Positions 1 through 8,612 of a DNA stretch of 56,173 bases are shown here, piece after piece. Each line of letters starts with the position of its first letter. Positions within the stretch are counted from its first letter, which is position 1. The notes under the pieces are model-generated. The model saw only the letters and a list, made by a program, of their open reading frames with translations, was not told the DNA's origin and did no database searches. The DNA comes from Candidatus Bathyarchaeia archaeon (GTDB lineage: Archaea > Thermoproteota > Bathyarchaeia > Bathyarchaeales > DTEX01). A program made the position numbers and the translations under genes. The DNA lies in NCBI GenBank assembly GCA_038866525.1, contig JAWBZG010000002.1:1-56173 (forward strand), in the 5' to 3' direction.

Positions 1-2
1 AT

Positions 3-536
3 GAGGGGGTAAAACCCTCCAAAATAGACCCAAAATTTAGGTATGAGGTTGCCAAGATACCCGGTGGAAAAAACATTCTTCAATGCTTCCAATGTGGAAC
101 ATGCACCTCAGATTGCCCGGTTTCAAGGTTCAGTGAAAAGTATAGGCCTCGATATATTATACGCATGGTGCAGTTGGGCTTGAAAGAAAAAGTTTTAAAT
201 AGCGATTTTCTTTGGCTATGTGCTTCATGCTTCACGTGTACAGACCGTTGCCCTCAGGGGGTTGAGGTTGCGAGCGTGATAAGGGCATTAAAAAACATGG
301 CTGCTATGGAGGGGCGCGTCCCCGAGGTGTTTAGGGTTCTTTTAGGTAATCTGGTTAAAACAGGCTACATATATGAGATACCTGAATCTAGGATAAAGAG
401 ACGAGAGACCCTCGGCTTACCACCCTTGCCGAAGGTTAACGTTGAGAGCTTAAAAAAGTCCCTGCAGAATACAGGCATCGAGAGGTTCCTTAAAGAGGCA
501 TGCCAGAAAAGTGGGGAGGCTGAGGTATGGGTATGA
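3..536 (+). CDS. hdrC: Heterodisulfide reductase subunit C-like 2x[4Fe-4S] protein; the 5' end is at or beyond the window edge
   Basis: The frame is open from nt 3. It has two CxxCxxCxxxCP motifs: CFQCGTCTSDCP upstream of the tracked Met at 165, and CASCFTCTDRCP downstream. It overlaps the following CCG-domain gene by 10 nt. Confidence 0.8.
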   Translation, partial: EGVKPSKIDPKFRYEVAKIPGGKNILQCFQCGTCTSDCPVSRFSEKYRPRYIIRMVQLGLKEKVLNSDFLWLCASCFTCTDRCPQGVEVASVIRALKNMAAMEGRVPEVFRVLLGNLVKTGYIYEIPESRIKRRETLGLPPLPKVNVESLKKSLQNTGIERFLKEACQKSGEAEVWV

Positions 537-1405
537 GCCAGAGATACCTTATTTATCTGGGCTGCGCTATCCCGTATAGGGTCTCATCCTATGAGGTCTC
601 TGCAAGAAGGGTCTTAAATAAGCTAGATGTGGAATTAATTGAGATGCCGGAGTTCAATTGTTGCGGTCTCCCACTTGAACCCTTAAGCCACGAATTAACG
701 CTTATTCTCTCTGCAAGAAACCTTGCCTTAGCTGAGCAGACGGGCTTGAATATTTTAACTCTTTGCCCGGGATGCGCCAGCACACTCAAGAAGGCTAGCA
801 AGGAGCTTAGGGAGAGTAGGGCGCTTAGGGATGAGGTTAATAGGCATCTGGCTGAGGGCGGATTAGAGTTTAAGGGGAATGTAGAGGTTAAACATATCTC
901 TCAAGCCCTAATCGAGGATATTGGGCTTGACAAGATTAAGAGGAGCATAGTTAAGCCGCTTAGGGGCCTAAGAGTTGCGGAGCACAGTGGATGCCACCTA
1001 TCTAGACCGAGGAAATATATTGGGTTTGAGGATCCTGAAAACCCAAAAGCCTTGAAAATGCTTATCAGCGTAACTGGGGCGAAGATTGTTGAGTACATGG
1101 GCGAGACCGAATGCTGCGGCTCAACCATAGCCGCCATAGACGATAAAATATCGCTATCACTAGTTAGGGAGAAGCTTCTCCATGTTAAGGAGGCTGGCGC
1201 TGACGCGTTAATAACCGTCTGCCCAGCCTGCCATATAATGTATGATGCAAATCAATTGCGCGCCGAGAAGATGTTTGGTGAAAAATATAGTATTCCAGTG
1301 CTGCACTACACTCAGCTTTTAGGGTTAGCAATGGGTATGCGGCCAGATGAGTTAGGCTTCGATGAGCTGAGGGTGAAGCCCATAAAACTTCTGGAAAAGA
1401 CTTAA
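527..1405 (+). CDS. hdrB: Heterodisulfide reductase subunit B-like protein (two CCG domains)
   Basis: 292 aa. Two cysteine-rich CCG motifs (EFNCCGLP, ETECCGST..CPACH). Overlaps hdrC. Confidence 0.85.
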   Translation: MGMSQRYLIYLGCAIPYRVSSYEVSARRVLNKLDVELIEMPEFNCCGLPLEPLSHELTLILSARNLALAEQTGLNILTLCPGCASTLKKASKELRESRALRDEVNRHLAEGGLEFKGNVEVKHISQALIEDIGLDKIKRSIVKPLRGLRVAEHSGCHLSRPRKYIGFEDPENPKALKMLISVTGAKIVEYMGETECCGSTIAAIDDKISLSLVREKLLHVKEAGADALITVCPACHIMYDANQLRAEKMFGEKYSIPVLHYTQLLGLAMGMRPDELGFDELRVKPIKLLEKT

Positions 1406-1438
1406 GGGTTCTAGGTGAGAAGGGTAGAATCTCAAGTT

Positions 1439-3721
1439 ATGCGTTTAAGGATTATTGTTTCGGGAATAGTTCAAGGGGTAGGATTCCGCCCATTCGTGTA
1501 TAGGATCGCTGTCAAAAACCATTTAAAAGGCTATGTTAGGAATAGAGGGGACTCATGCGTAGAGATAATTGTTGAAGGTGGAGACGAGGATATAAAGAGT
1601 TTTTTAAGAGATCTTGTTGAGAGGAAGCCTCCAATAGCTAGAATTCACGAAGTTATAACTACGCCGATCGAGAACCCTGAAGAAAAATATGAGGACTTTA
1701 AAATATATGGGAGCTCCAGCGAAGCCGAGTTATCCGGCTCAATTATACCGCCAGATGTGGCTATCTGCGATGAATGCCTTATGGAGATGCGTAACCCATC
1801 TAATCCAAGATACGATTACTTTTTTATAACGTGCGTGAACTGCGGGCCGAGATACACAATAATAGAGAACGTCCCATATGATAGAGAGAACACAACAATG
1901 CGAGACTTCCAAATGTGCATCTTCTGTAGGTCAGAGTACATGGATCCGGCTAATAGAAGGTTCCATGCGCAGACCATTGCTTGCCCCAGATGCGGTCCGA
2001 GAGCATATTTAGCGGATGCTAATGGGGCAAGGGTTAAGTGTAACGATCCTATTAGAGAAGCAGGGAAACTTGTTTCAGAGGGATATATTGTCGCGGTGAA
2101 GGGTTACGGGGGCTTCCATCTCGCCGCTTCAACGCTCCTTGATGAGCCGCTTAAAAGGCTTAGGGCGGCAAAACATAGGAGGCAGAAGCCCTTCGCGATA
2201 ATGGCTAGAAGCCTGGAGGCTGTGAAGACTTTTGCTGAGGTCAGCGCTAAGGAAGAGGAGGCCTTAACATCCTATGCGCGTCCAATAGTTCTTTTGGAAA
2301 AGAGTGAAAACTATTATTTATCCGAGCTAATTTCACCCGGCCTACATAACATAGGGGTTATGCTACCTTATACTGGGCTACATTACATGCTCTTCGACAA
2401 AGTCTCAGACCCAGCCTTCGTTATGACGAGCGCTAATCCCCCAAACCAGCCAATAATTAAAGATGAAGAAGAAGCCTTTGTTAAATTGCGTGGATTAGTG
2501 GACTATTTTCTGCTGCATAATAGGCGGATAGCCCATAGATGCGATGACTCAGTCCTGCGCCTACACAGCGACAAAACAGTCTTTATAAGACGGTCGAGGG
2601 GGTATGCGCCCGAACCCATTAAGCTGAGGTTTAGGGCTAGGCGCTGCGCGCTTGGACTTGGTGGAGAGAAAAATAATACCGCATGCCTGATCGTAGGCGA
2701 TAAAGCCTTCATATCGCAGCACGTAGGCGATGTCGAGAACTTTGAGACGCTGGAGTTTCTTGAGTCCACGTCTAAGAGGCTAATGCGTTTAACAAATAGC
2801 AGTGTAGAAGTAGTTTCATGCGACCTACACCCAAAGTTTGCCACAACCATTTTAGCTAAGAGACTCTCTGAGACGCACGGTTGGCAGATGCTTCAGATCC
2901 AACATCATTACGCTCACGCAGCTGCTCTAATGGCTGAGCACGGCTTAAGCGATATAATAGCCGTGTGCTGCGACGGCTACGGCTATGGTGAGGATGGAGG
3001 CGCATGGGGTGGAGAGGTAATATTTGGCTCACTAAACCCGCCGGAGTTCAAGCGATTAGGCCACCTAGAGGAGCAGCCATTCATCGGCGGCGACTTGGCA
3101 ACTAGATACCCACTGAGGATGGCGGCCGGGATACTTTACAGGCATGTCGATATTGAAGGATGGCTGATGGAGAACAGTATACATCTACCCTACGGGGTGA
3201 GAGAAGCGCAATTAATACTCTCGCAACTTCGGAGAGGTGAGGTTAAAATTAGAACAACGAGCTGCGGGAGAGTTTTAGACGCGGCCTCGGTGGTTTTAGG
3301 GGTATGCTACGAGAGAACATATGAAGGAGAACCTGCAATGAAATTGGAGTCGGCCGCTCTGCATGGAACAGACATCCTGAAAATTGAGCCAAAGATTAGT
3401 GGTCGGATTCTAAGCACGACGGATGCGATGATATTATTGTTCGAGGGGAAACATAAGTATCCTAGGAGAGATTTAGCCTACTCCATTCACGTTTATTTAG
3501 CTAGGGGTTTAGCGGAGCTAGCGATAAACCTGGCTGAGGAGAACAATGTAAGGAACATCGGTTTCACTGGCGGGGTTGCATGCAATCAAATAATTGCTGA
3601 GGAGATGCGTAGAATTGTTGAGCAGCATGGGTTGAACTTCTTCACACATGAATCTATTCCCCCCGGAGATGGCGGACTGTCTTTCGGGCAGGCTGTAGTC
3701 GCCTCCATAACTGAGATATAG
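1439..3721 (+). CDS. hypF: [NiFe] hydrogenase maturation carbamoyltransferase HypF
   Basis: N-terminal acylphosphatase motif (VQGVGFRPFVYRIA), two CxxC-x18-CxxC zinc-finger pairs, a YrdC-like region (KGYGGFHLA) and a Kae1-like C-terminus. ATG 1439 is chosen because the acylphosphatase domain starts there. The ORF is open from GTG 1415. Confidence 0.9.
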   Translation: MRLRIIVSGIVQGVGFRPFVYRIAVKNHLKGYVRNRGDSCVEIIVEGGDEDIKSFLRDLVERKPPIARIHEVITTPIENPEEKYEDFKIYGSSSEAELSGSIIPPDVAICDECLMEMRNPSNPRYDYFFITCVNCGPRYTIIENVPYDRENTTMRDFQMCIFCRSEYMDPANRRFHAQTIACPRCGPRAYLADANGARVKCNDPIREAGKLVSEGYIVAVKGYGGFHLAASTLLDEPLKRLRAAKHRRQKPFAIMARSLEAVKTFAEVSAKEEEALTSYARPIVLLEKSENYYLSELISPGLHNIGVMLPYTGLHYMLFDKVSDPAFVMTSANPPNQPIIKDEEEAFVKLRGLVDYFLLHNRRIAHRCDDSVLRLHSDKTVFIRRSRGYAPEPIKLRFRARRCALGLGGEKNNTACLIVGDKAFISQHVGDVENFETLEFLESTSKRLMRLTNSSVEVVSCDLHPKFATTILAKRLSETHGWQMLQIQHHYAHAAALMAEHGLSDIIAVCCDGYGYGEDGGAWGGEVIFGSLNPPEFKRLGHLEEQPFIGGDLATRYPLRMAAGILYRHVDIEGWLMENSIHLPYGVREAQLILSQLRRGEVKIRTTSCGRVLDAASVVLGVCYERTYEGEPAMKLESAALHGTDILKIEPKISGRILSTTDAMILLFEGKHKYPRRDLAYSIHVYLARGLAELAINLAEENNVRNIGFTGGVACNQIIAEEMRRIVEQHGLNFFTHESIPPGDGGLSFGQAVVASITEI

Positions 3722-3734
3722 GAGCGTTCCCTGG

Positions 3735-3763
3735 AAAAACGGGATCCAAAATTCTCTGCTTTT
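3735..3763 (+). repeat. Composite motif copy 1 (X-Y order): AAAAACGGGAT-CC-AAAATTCTCTGCTTTT, 14 nt downstream of the hypF stop
   Basis: Read directly. The Y block ends in an oligo-T run. Related copies lie at 3818..3849 and 28649..28675. Confidence 0.6.
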
Positions 3764-3780
3764 GGATCGAGGTTAAAACC

Positions 3781-3804
3781 GTAATCTTTAACCATAAAGA
3801 TTAC
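3781..3804. repeat. Perfect hairpin: 10-bp stem GTAATCTTTA / TAAAGATTAC with loop ACCA
   Basis: Exact inverted repeat read from the sequence. It is centred between convergent hypF and tRNA-Thr. Confidence 0.7.
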
Positions 3805-3817
3805 AGAGCCATTTTTA

Positions 3818-3849
3818 ATCCCCGTTTTCGAAAAGCAGAGAATTTTTGG
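3818..3849 (-). repeat. Composite motif copy 2 (Y-X order on the minus strand): CCAAAAATTCTCTGCTTTT-CG-AAAACGGGGAT, starting within the encoded CCA end of tRNA-Thr
   Basis: The reverse complement of 3831..3846 matches 3748..3763 exactly over 16 nt. The X block recurs with one extra G. Confidence 0.6.
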
Positions 3850-3935
3850 AGCCCCGGGCGGGATTTGAACCCGCGACCCGCGGCTCCCTCAGAGACCTTA
3901 CGAGGCCGCTGCTCTAACCGCTAAGCCACCGGGGC
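3847..3935 (-). tRNA. tRNA-Thr (anticodon CGU) with a 13-nt intron at the canonical 37/38 position (3886..3898) and an encoded CCA
   Basis: Hand-folded cloverleaf: acceptor GCCCCGG/CCGGGGC, D stem GCTT/GAGC, anticodon stem GCGGC/GCCGC, loop CUCGUA^A, T arm GCGGG-TTCAAAT-CCCGC, discriminator U. Length is 76 nt after intron removal. The intron AGGUCUCUGAGGG forms a bulge-helix-bulge: a 4-bp helix CUCG/UGAG flanked by two 3-nt bulges that carry both splice sites. Confidence 0.85.
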
Positions 3936-4057
3936 TTTGATAACTTAAAATGGGTTCATTCACTCTAGCTAGTTAGATCTTTGTGGGTGATAAATATTTT
4001 TCTTTGCTAAATTGCCCGTTATTTCCTCTGAAGCATTGTATTCTCGTCTCCTCTACC

Positions 4058-4073
4058 ACAAAAATATTTTTGT
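4058..4073 (+). promoter_or_regulatory. Putative TATA/BRE element for trmI: the perfect 16-nt palindrome ACAAAAATATTTTTGT
   Basis: A/T-rich palindrome centred about 40 nt upstream of the proposed TTG start at 4105. Confidence 0.35.
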
Positions 4074-4104
4074 GTCTAAAGTTATTCTATTTGGGTGTGG
4101 TCTC

Positions 4105-4875
4105 TTGGGCGATTGGATTAGAGAGGGCGACTACGTTTTACTGTATTTGGATGATAAAAGGACGTACATGGTGAAAGTGGAGAGCGGGAAGGTTTTCCAC
4201 ACGCATAAGGGTTTTGTGAAGATTGACGATATTATAGGCAAAGAGTTTGGTGTGCATGTGAAGAGCAGTCTCGGAGCTGATTTTATTGCGTTTAAGCCGA
4301 GCATAAAAGACCATATATTTAAGAGCTTTAGGAGTACGCAGATAATATATCCTAAAGATATAGCGCTCATAATTTTGTTTGGCAATATACAGCCCGGAAG
4401 CCGAGTTGTTGAGGCTGGAACTGGAACTGGAGCCCTAACGACAGCATTAGCAAGCTACGTAAAACCTATTGGGCGAGTATATAGCTATGAGGTTAGAAGC
4501 GAGTTTATTGAGATTGCACGGAGAAACTTGGAGAGAGCCGGCGTATTAGAATATGTTGAATTAAAGAACAAGGATATAACGTTGGGGATAGATGAGAGCA
4601 ATGTTGACTCAGTTGTCTTAGATATGGCGACACCTTGGCTTGTTGTTCCGCACGCCTACAGAGCGCTGAAAGGCAGCGGTTCATTCATTTCGTTTAGCCC
4701 AACAATAGATCAGGTGATAAGAACTGTTGAGGAGCTGAAAATGAATAACTTCGCCAATATAGAGACCATAGAGTGTCTCGTAAGGAGGATAAGGGTCGAG
4801 AAGGGAAAGACTAGACCTGAAACATTGATGACTGGGCATACAGGTTACATAGTCTTTGCAAGAAAAGCGTTATAG
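4105..4875 (+). CDS. trmI: tRNA (adenine58-N1)-methyltransferase TrmI (GCD14 family)
   Basis: SAM-binding motif VVEAGTGTGALT. The N-terminal IREGDYVLL..HTHKGFVKIDDIIGK is typical of TrmI. TTG 4105 gives a 256-aa product. The tracked ORF is open from TTG 4012, but that stretch looks non-coding. Confidence 0.75.
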   Translation: MGDWIREGDYVLLYLDDKRTYMVKVESGKVFHTHKGFVKIDDIIGKEFGVHVKSSLGADFIAFKPSIKDHIFKSFRSTQIIYPKDIALIILFGNIQPGSRVVEAGTGTGALTTALASYVKPIGRVYSYEVRSEFIEIARRNLERAGVLEYVELKNKDITLGIDESNVDSVVLDMATPWLVVPHAYRALKGSGSFISFSPTIDQVIRTVEELKMNNFANIETIECLVRRIRVEKGKTRPETLMTGHTGYIVFARKAL

Positions 4876-4944
4876 ATACATTTTTATCTTCAGAGGATTA
4901 TAATGGATACCAATTACAGATCAGAGGAAGAGGCTTAAGCCGAA

Positions 4945-5535
4945 TTGAGCTACCTATTGCGTAAAGCAAAGTCTATTTGGAATAATAGGCTGCTTAGAAC
5001 CCTACTTATATTTACCATATTATTTATGAGCGTATTTATTTTTCACAAAGCTCTTATAATAATGTTGAAAACGGAGTACCCGTTATCAACGCCAGAATCC
5101 TGGAGTATGTGGCCAACAATTAGCAGAGGAGACCTATTGATTATTCAGGGCGGGCTGAGGGGCGAAGATATCTATGCGGACCCTAAGAACGGAGATATAA
5201 TTGTTTTTAAAGATCCGAGGGGCGGCTCTATCCCCATAGTTCATCGGGCCATATATAAGGAGTATGATGAAAGTAGGGGAAAGTGGTTTTTTAAAACTAA
5301 GGGGGACAATAACCTATACGCGGATTCATGGATAGTGTGGGAGAACGACATATACGGTAAAGTCATATTTATAATACCTTACCTGGGCTACATTAAAATT
5401 TATTTAGGCAATGAGGGGGGAATAATAATTATAGCCGCTTTAATCATAGTGCTTTTAGTATCTGAGAACTGGGACTTGATAAAGGAGAAGATAAGTAATA
5501 GAGGCGGTGACAATTCCAAAAATAAACAGGTATAA
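4945..5535 (+). CDS. Archaeal-type signal peptidase I (S26B / Sec11-like)
   Basis: N-terminal TM helix, Ser box [14 protein letters not shown], His box IVHRAI, GDNN motif, C-terminal TM helix. Confidence 0.75.
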   Translation: MSYLLRKAKSIWNNRLLRTLLIFTILFMSVFIFHKALIIMLKTEYPLSTPESWSMWPTISRGDLLIIQGGLRGEDIYADPKNGDIIVFKDPRGGSIPIVHRAIYKEYDESRGKWFFKTKGDNNLYADSWIVWENDIYGKVIFIIPYLGYIKIYLGNEGGIIIIAALIIVLLVSENWDLIKEKISNRGGDNSKNKQV

Positions 5536-5545
5536 AAGCTAATGA

Positions 5546-5559
5546 AAGTATAAATATAT
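5546..5559 (+). promoter_or_regulatory. Putative TATA box (AAAGTATAAATATA) for tbp
   Basis: Strong TATA-like element about 60 nt upstream of ATG 5616. The SD-like GGGGGAT lies at 5604..5610. Confidence 0.4.
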
Positions 5560-5615
5560 CTCATGACATTAAAAAGTTCAAATTACCTACGATATATTTG
5601 TTTGGGGGATGCTTA

Positions 5616-6185
5616 ATGTCTCAGCAAACACAGGTTAAAGTTAGGATAGAGAACGTAGTTGCGTCTGCAACATTGAATCAGAGGATAGATTTAAATGCCG
5701 TTGTTAAAGGTTATCCCGGGGTGGAATATCGCCCCGAGCAGTTTCCCGGGCTAGTTTTTAGGTTAAAGAGGCCGAAAACCGCCACATTGATTTTCAACTC
5801 TGGTAAGATGGTTTGTACGGGTGCAAAATCTGAGAAGGAAGCTCGTAGGGCAGTTATGAGAGTTATTAAGGAGCTCAAGAGAAGCGGAATAGTAATAGTT
5901 GGTAAGCCGGAATTAAAAATCCAAAATATTGTTGCCTCGGCAAATTTGAACGGTGTAATCGACCTAGAAAAATCAGCCTACGTTTTAGGTAAAACAATGT
6001 ATGAGCCTGAGCAATTCCCAGGCTTGATTTATAGAATGGATGACCCTAAGGTCGTCATACTTCTTTTTGCGAGCGGAAAACTTGTTTGCACTGGCGCTAA
6101 AAGGGAGGAAGACGTATATAGGGCTGTAGAGAACCTCCAGAAGAAGCTTGAACGAGAGGGACTAATATATTATGAGCAGAGGTAA
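5616..6185 (+). CDS. tbp: TATA-box binding protein
   Basis: Two direct repeats with IENVVAS / [17 protein letters not shown] / [10 protein letters not shown] and KMVCTGAKS / [12 protein letters not shown] 5616 is preceded by a GGGGGA SD. Confidence 0.92.
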   Translation: MSQQTQVKVRIENVVASATLNQRIDLNAVVKGYPGVEYRPEQFPGLVFRLKRPKTATLIFNSGKMVCTGAKSEKEARRAVMRVIKELKRSGIVIVGKPELKIQNIVASANLNGVIDLEKSAYVLGKTMYEPEQFPGLIYRMDDPKVVILLFASGKLVCTGAKREEDVYRAVENLQKKLEREGLIYYEQR

Positions 6186-6241
6186 ATCCGCCTCCATGGA
6201 GGGTCTTTAAGCTGGCTTTCACCGAATACCTAGATCACTAT

Positions 6242-7297
6242 ATGTTAAAAGAGGTTCTGGAAGAGCCAGAGGTAATTAGGAGAACAATAAGAGAAGAGAA
6301 GGAAAACATAGAGAGAATTGCACGCGAGATCGCATCTAAAACTTACGACATGGTTTACATAACTGGGAGTGGAACCAGCTATCATGCCGGGCTAGTAGCT
6401 CAATACGCTCTTTCAAGCCTCACCGGTCTGGCAACCAGCACTATACCAGCCTCAGAGTTCCAGCGCTGGGCTCCTTCAAGCATTTCAAGAAAATCTTTAG
6501 TAGTGGCTATATCCCAGTCGGGTGAGAGCTCCGATATCATTGACGCGGTTAAATACGCGATTAAGAGGAAAATGAATGTTCTTGCGGTAACGAATACTCC
6601 TGGAAGCACGCTTGCAAGTTTAGCAGATTATGTGATAGTTCCAAGGTCGGGGAAAGAGCTAGCTGTCCCAGCTACAAAAACATACGTGACGCAGCTTATA
6701 GCTATTTTCATGCTCACTATTGAACTGGCTACATGGAAAGGGAGTGAAAATAACATTGGTGTTTTAAGAGAAAAACTTACTTCACTTCCACTCCTAGTTG
6801 AAGAGGTACTTAAATCTTATAGGGAAAGCATATGTGAGGCGGCTGTAAAATATAAAGATAAGAATTTAATGTTCGTTTTAGGTAGCGGGCCGAATTATGC
6901 TACTGCCCTAGAAGCCGCTTTGAAGCTTAAGGAGACATGTATGGTTTTCGCCGAAGGATTCGCGGCACGGGAATTTCTTCACGGTCCAATAAGGCTTGTT
7001 GATGAAAGAACGTTAATGATATTGATCTCCCCTATGGACGAGGTTAACGATTATGTTGAGTTATCGAGAAGCTTTAGGAATCTCGGCGCGCAAGTAATTT
7101 CCGTCTTGGAAAAATCTGAAGATTCCGATCAGTACCTTAAATTTTTTGATGAAATTCTCTTTGTTCCACATGGTTTGCCTAAAATTTTTTCCCCAATAAT
7201 ATTTATTGTTCCACTACAGTTATTCACATATTACGTATCCATCTTTAGGGGTTTAAACCCGGATAAGCCAGAAAAGCTTGTAAAAGTGGTGAAGTGA
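6242..7297 (+). CDS. Double SIS-domain sugar-phosphate isomerase/deaminase (GlmS isomerase-domain-like, GlmD-type)
   Basis: MLKEVLEEPEV start typical of the GlmS isomerase half. Motifs ITGSGTSYHAG and AISQSGESSD. No glutaminase domain. Confidence 0.7.
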   Translation: MLKEVLEEPEVIRRTIREEKENIERIAREIASKTYDMVYITGSGTSYHAGLVAQYALSSLTGLATSTIPASEFQRWAPSSISRKSLVVAISQSGESSDIIDAVKYAIKRKMNVLAVTNTPGSTLASLADYVIVPRSGKELAVPATKTYVTQLIAIFMLTIELATWKGSENNIGVLREKLTSLPLLVEEVLKSYRESICEAAVKYKDKNLMFVLGSGPNYATALEAALKLKETCMVFAEGFAAREFLHGPIRLVDERTLMILISPMDEVNDYVELSRSFRNLGAQVISVLEKSEDSDQYLKFFDEILFVPHGLPKIFSPIIFIVPLQLFTYYVSIFRGLNPDKPEKLVKVVK

Positions 7298-7298
7298 G

Positions 7299-7982
7299 GT
7301 GAAAATAAAAGCTGTGATTTTTGATATTGAGGATACGCTCTATGACTCCTCCCTACAGATGAGGATGGCTAGGCTTAATGCAATAAGAGCTATGATTGAA
7401 GCAGGTCTCCCAATAGACGTTGAAACGGGGTATAAGAGACTTGAAGAGATAGTCAGCGAGTATGGTCCCCACTACGGCAAACACTTCGATAAGCTTCTTG
7501 AGCGTTTAGGGTTAAAATGGAATCCGAGGGTTATAGCTGCGGGTGTTGTCGCATATCGGGAGACTAGCCAAGCGTATCTCAAGCCTTTTCCCGACACTGT
7601 TCCAACATTGATTGAGCTGCGCGACCGCAAGTATAAGTTAGGCGTTGCCGCCGATGGATTAGCTGTTAAAGAATGGCAGAAGCTTATACAGCTCGGGGTT
7701 CATCACCTATTTCACTCAGTTGTAATATCTGAGGAATGCGGGACTTTAGAGTTTACTGTTGAAGTTTTCAAAAAGTGTCTAAGAGAATTAAATGTCGAGC
7801 CCCATGAAGCCATTTATGTGAGCAGCAGACCAAATAAGGCTATAAGAAACGCAAATAGAGCTGGATTAATAAGTGTCAGACTTAGAAGGGGAGATCACTG
7901 CGTTGAGAAGCCAGAATCCCCGGAAGCCTATGCAAGGTATGAGATAGAGAGACTTCCACAAATATTTGAGATCATTGAATGA
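7299..7982 (+). CDS. HAD-superfamily hydrolase
   Basis: Motif I VIFDIEDTLYD, a cap helices region, and a distal acidic region. 227 aa. Confidence 0.7.
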   Translation: MKIKAVIFDIEDTLYDSSLQMRMARLNAIRAMIEAGLPIDVETGYKRLEEIVSEYGPHYGKHFDKLLERLGLKWNPRVIAAGVVAYRETSQAYLKPFPDTVPTLIELRDRKYKLGVAADGLAVKEWQKLIQLGVHHLFHSVVISEECGTLEFTVEVFKKCLRELNVEPHEAIYVSSRPNKAIRNANRAGLISVRLRRGDHCVEKPESPEAYARYEIERLPQIFEIIE

Positions 7983-7988
7983 GAATTA

Positions 7989-8612
7989 TCAGTAAAAGCA
8001 GGGTATATACTCTCTTGCCCTAAACTTAACCTTTAACATTGAAGCTAAATCCCGAATCTTATCTATATCGATCTCTGGAATACTTACTGCAGTAATCTCT
8101 ACGTCGAGGGAGGCTTCTCTAGCGCTTTTAACGAACTCAATAGCGCTTCTATATGCGTCCGGAAAAAATGGTCTGCAAACCCTATTATATGTTTCCTCAT
8201 CATGACCATTTATGCTGACGCTCACAGCTTTAACGCCTGAATCTTTGAGCTCCATTATAACGTTTCTTCCGGGGTTGAGCAGGAAGGCATGTCCATTTGT
8301 ATCTAGCCTAATCCTTAGGGAAGGAAAGTGTTCACTGATCCATTTTGCAACATCTAATAGGCAATCAAGCCTAGCTGTTGGCTCACCGAAGCCGCAAAAA
8401 ACAGCCTCTTTCCATTTCCTCCTTGAAATATGCTTCTCTAAATTCTCAATTATCTGTTTAACGCTGGGTTCGCTGCTGAGCTTAAGTTTGAAGCCCGCTA
8501 TACCGCTCCAATAATGTTTAAAGCAGAAGTAGCAGTTATTAGAGCAACGATTAGTAATATTCAGGTAGAGTGCATCACCCAACCAGTATACAAGATCCTC
8601 GCTCTGCCTCAA
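7989..8612 (-). CDS. Radical SAM protein of the small type often annotated as TatD-associated
   Basis: CSNNCYFCF (CxxxCxxC) right after YLNITNRC. The proposed TTG start at 8612..8610 follows a GAGGGGGA SD and overlaps the TGA stop of the upstream gene (TTGA). The ORF is open from GTG 8669. Confidence 0.7.
   Translation of the reverse strand: MRQSEDLVYWLGDALYLNITNRCSNNCYFCFKHYWSGIAGFKLKLSSEPSVKQIIENLEKHISRRKWKEAVFCGFGEPTARLDCLLDVAKWISEHFPSLRIRLDTNGHAFLLNPGRNVIMELKDSGVKAVSVSINGHDEETYNRVCRPFFPDAYRSAIEFVKSAREASLDVEITAVSIPEIDIDKIRDLASMLKVKFRAREYIPCFY

Noticed and set aside
3735-3935. tRNA-adjacent repeats considered as attL/attR of an integrated element
   Set aside because: Integrative elements duplicate the 3' part of the tRNA as a direct repeat. 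Here only TCCA is shared with the tRNA, the copies are inverted and about 65 nt apart, and no integrase or foreign-looking genes flank the site.
4012-4104. TTG 4012 as the trmI start
   Set aside because: The extra 31 codons are Leu/Phe/Cys-rich and overlap two A/T-rich promoter-like elements. TrmI homologues begin near the IREGD motif, which fits TTG 4105.
3586-4174. ORFs 3586..3795 (-) and 3983..4174 (+) flanking the tRNA
   Set aside because: The first runs through the hypF 3' end and the repeat/hairpin region. The second covers the TATA-like promoter region and the out-of-frame start of trmI. Neither has a motif or an SD.
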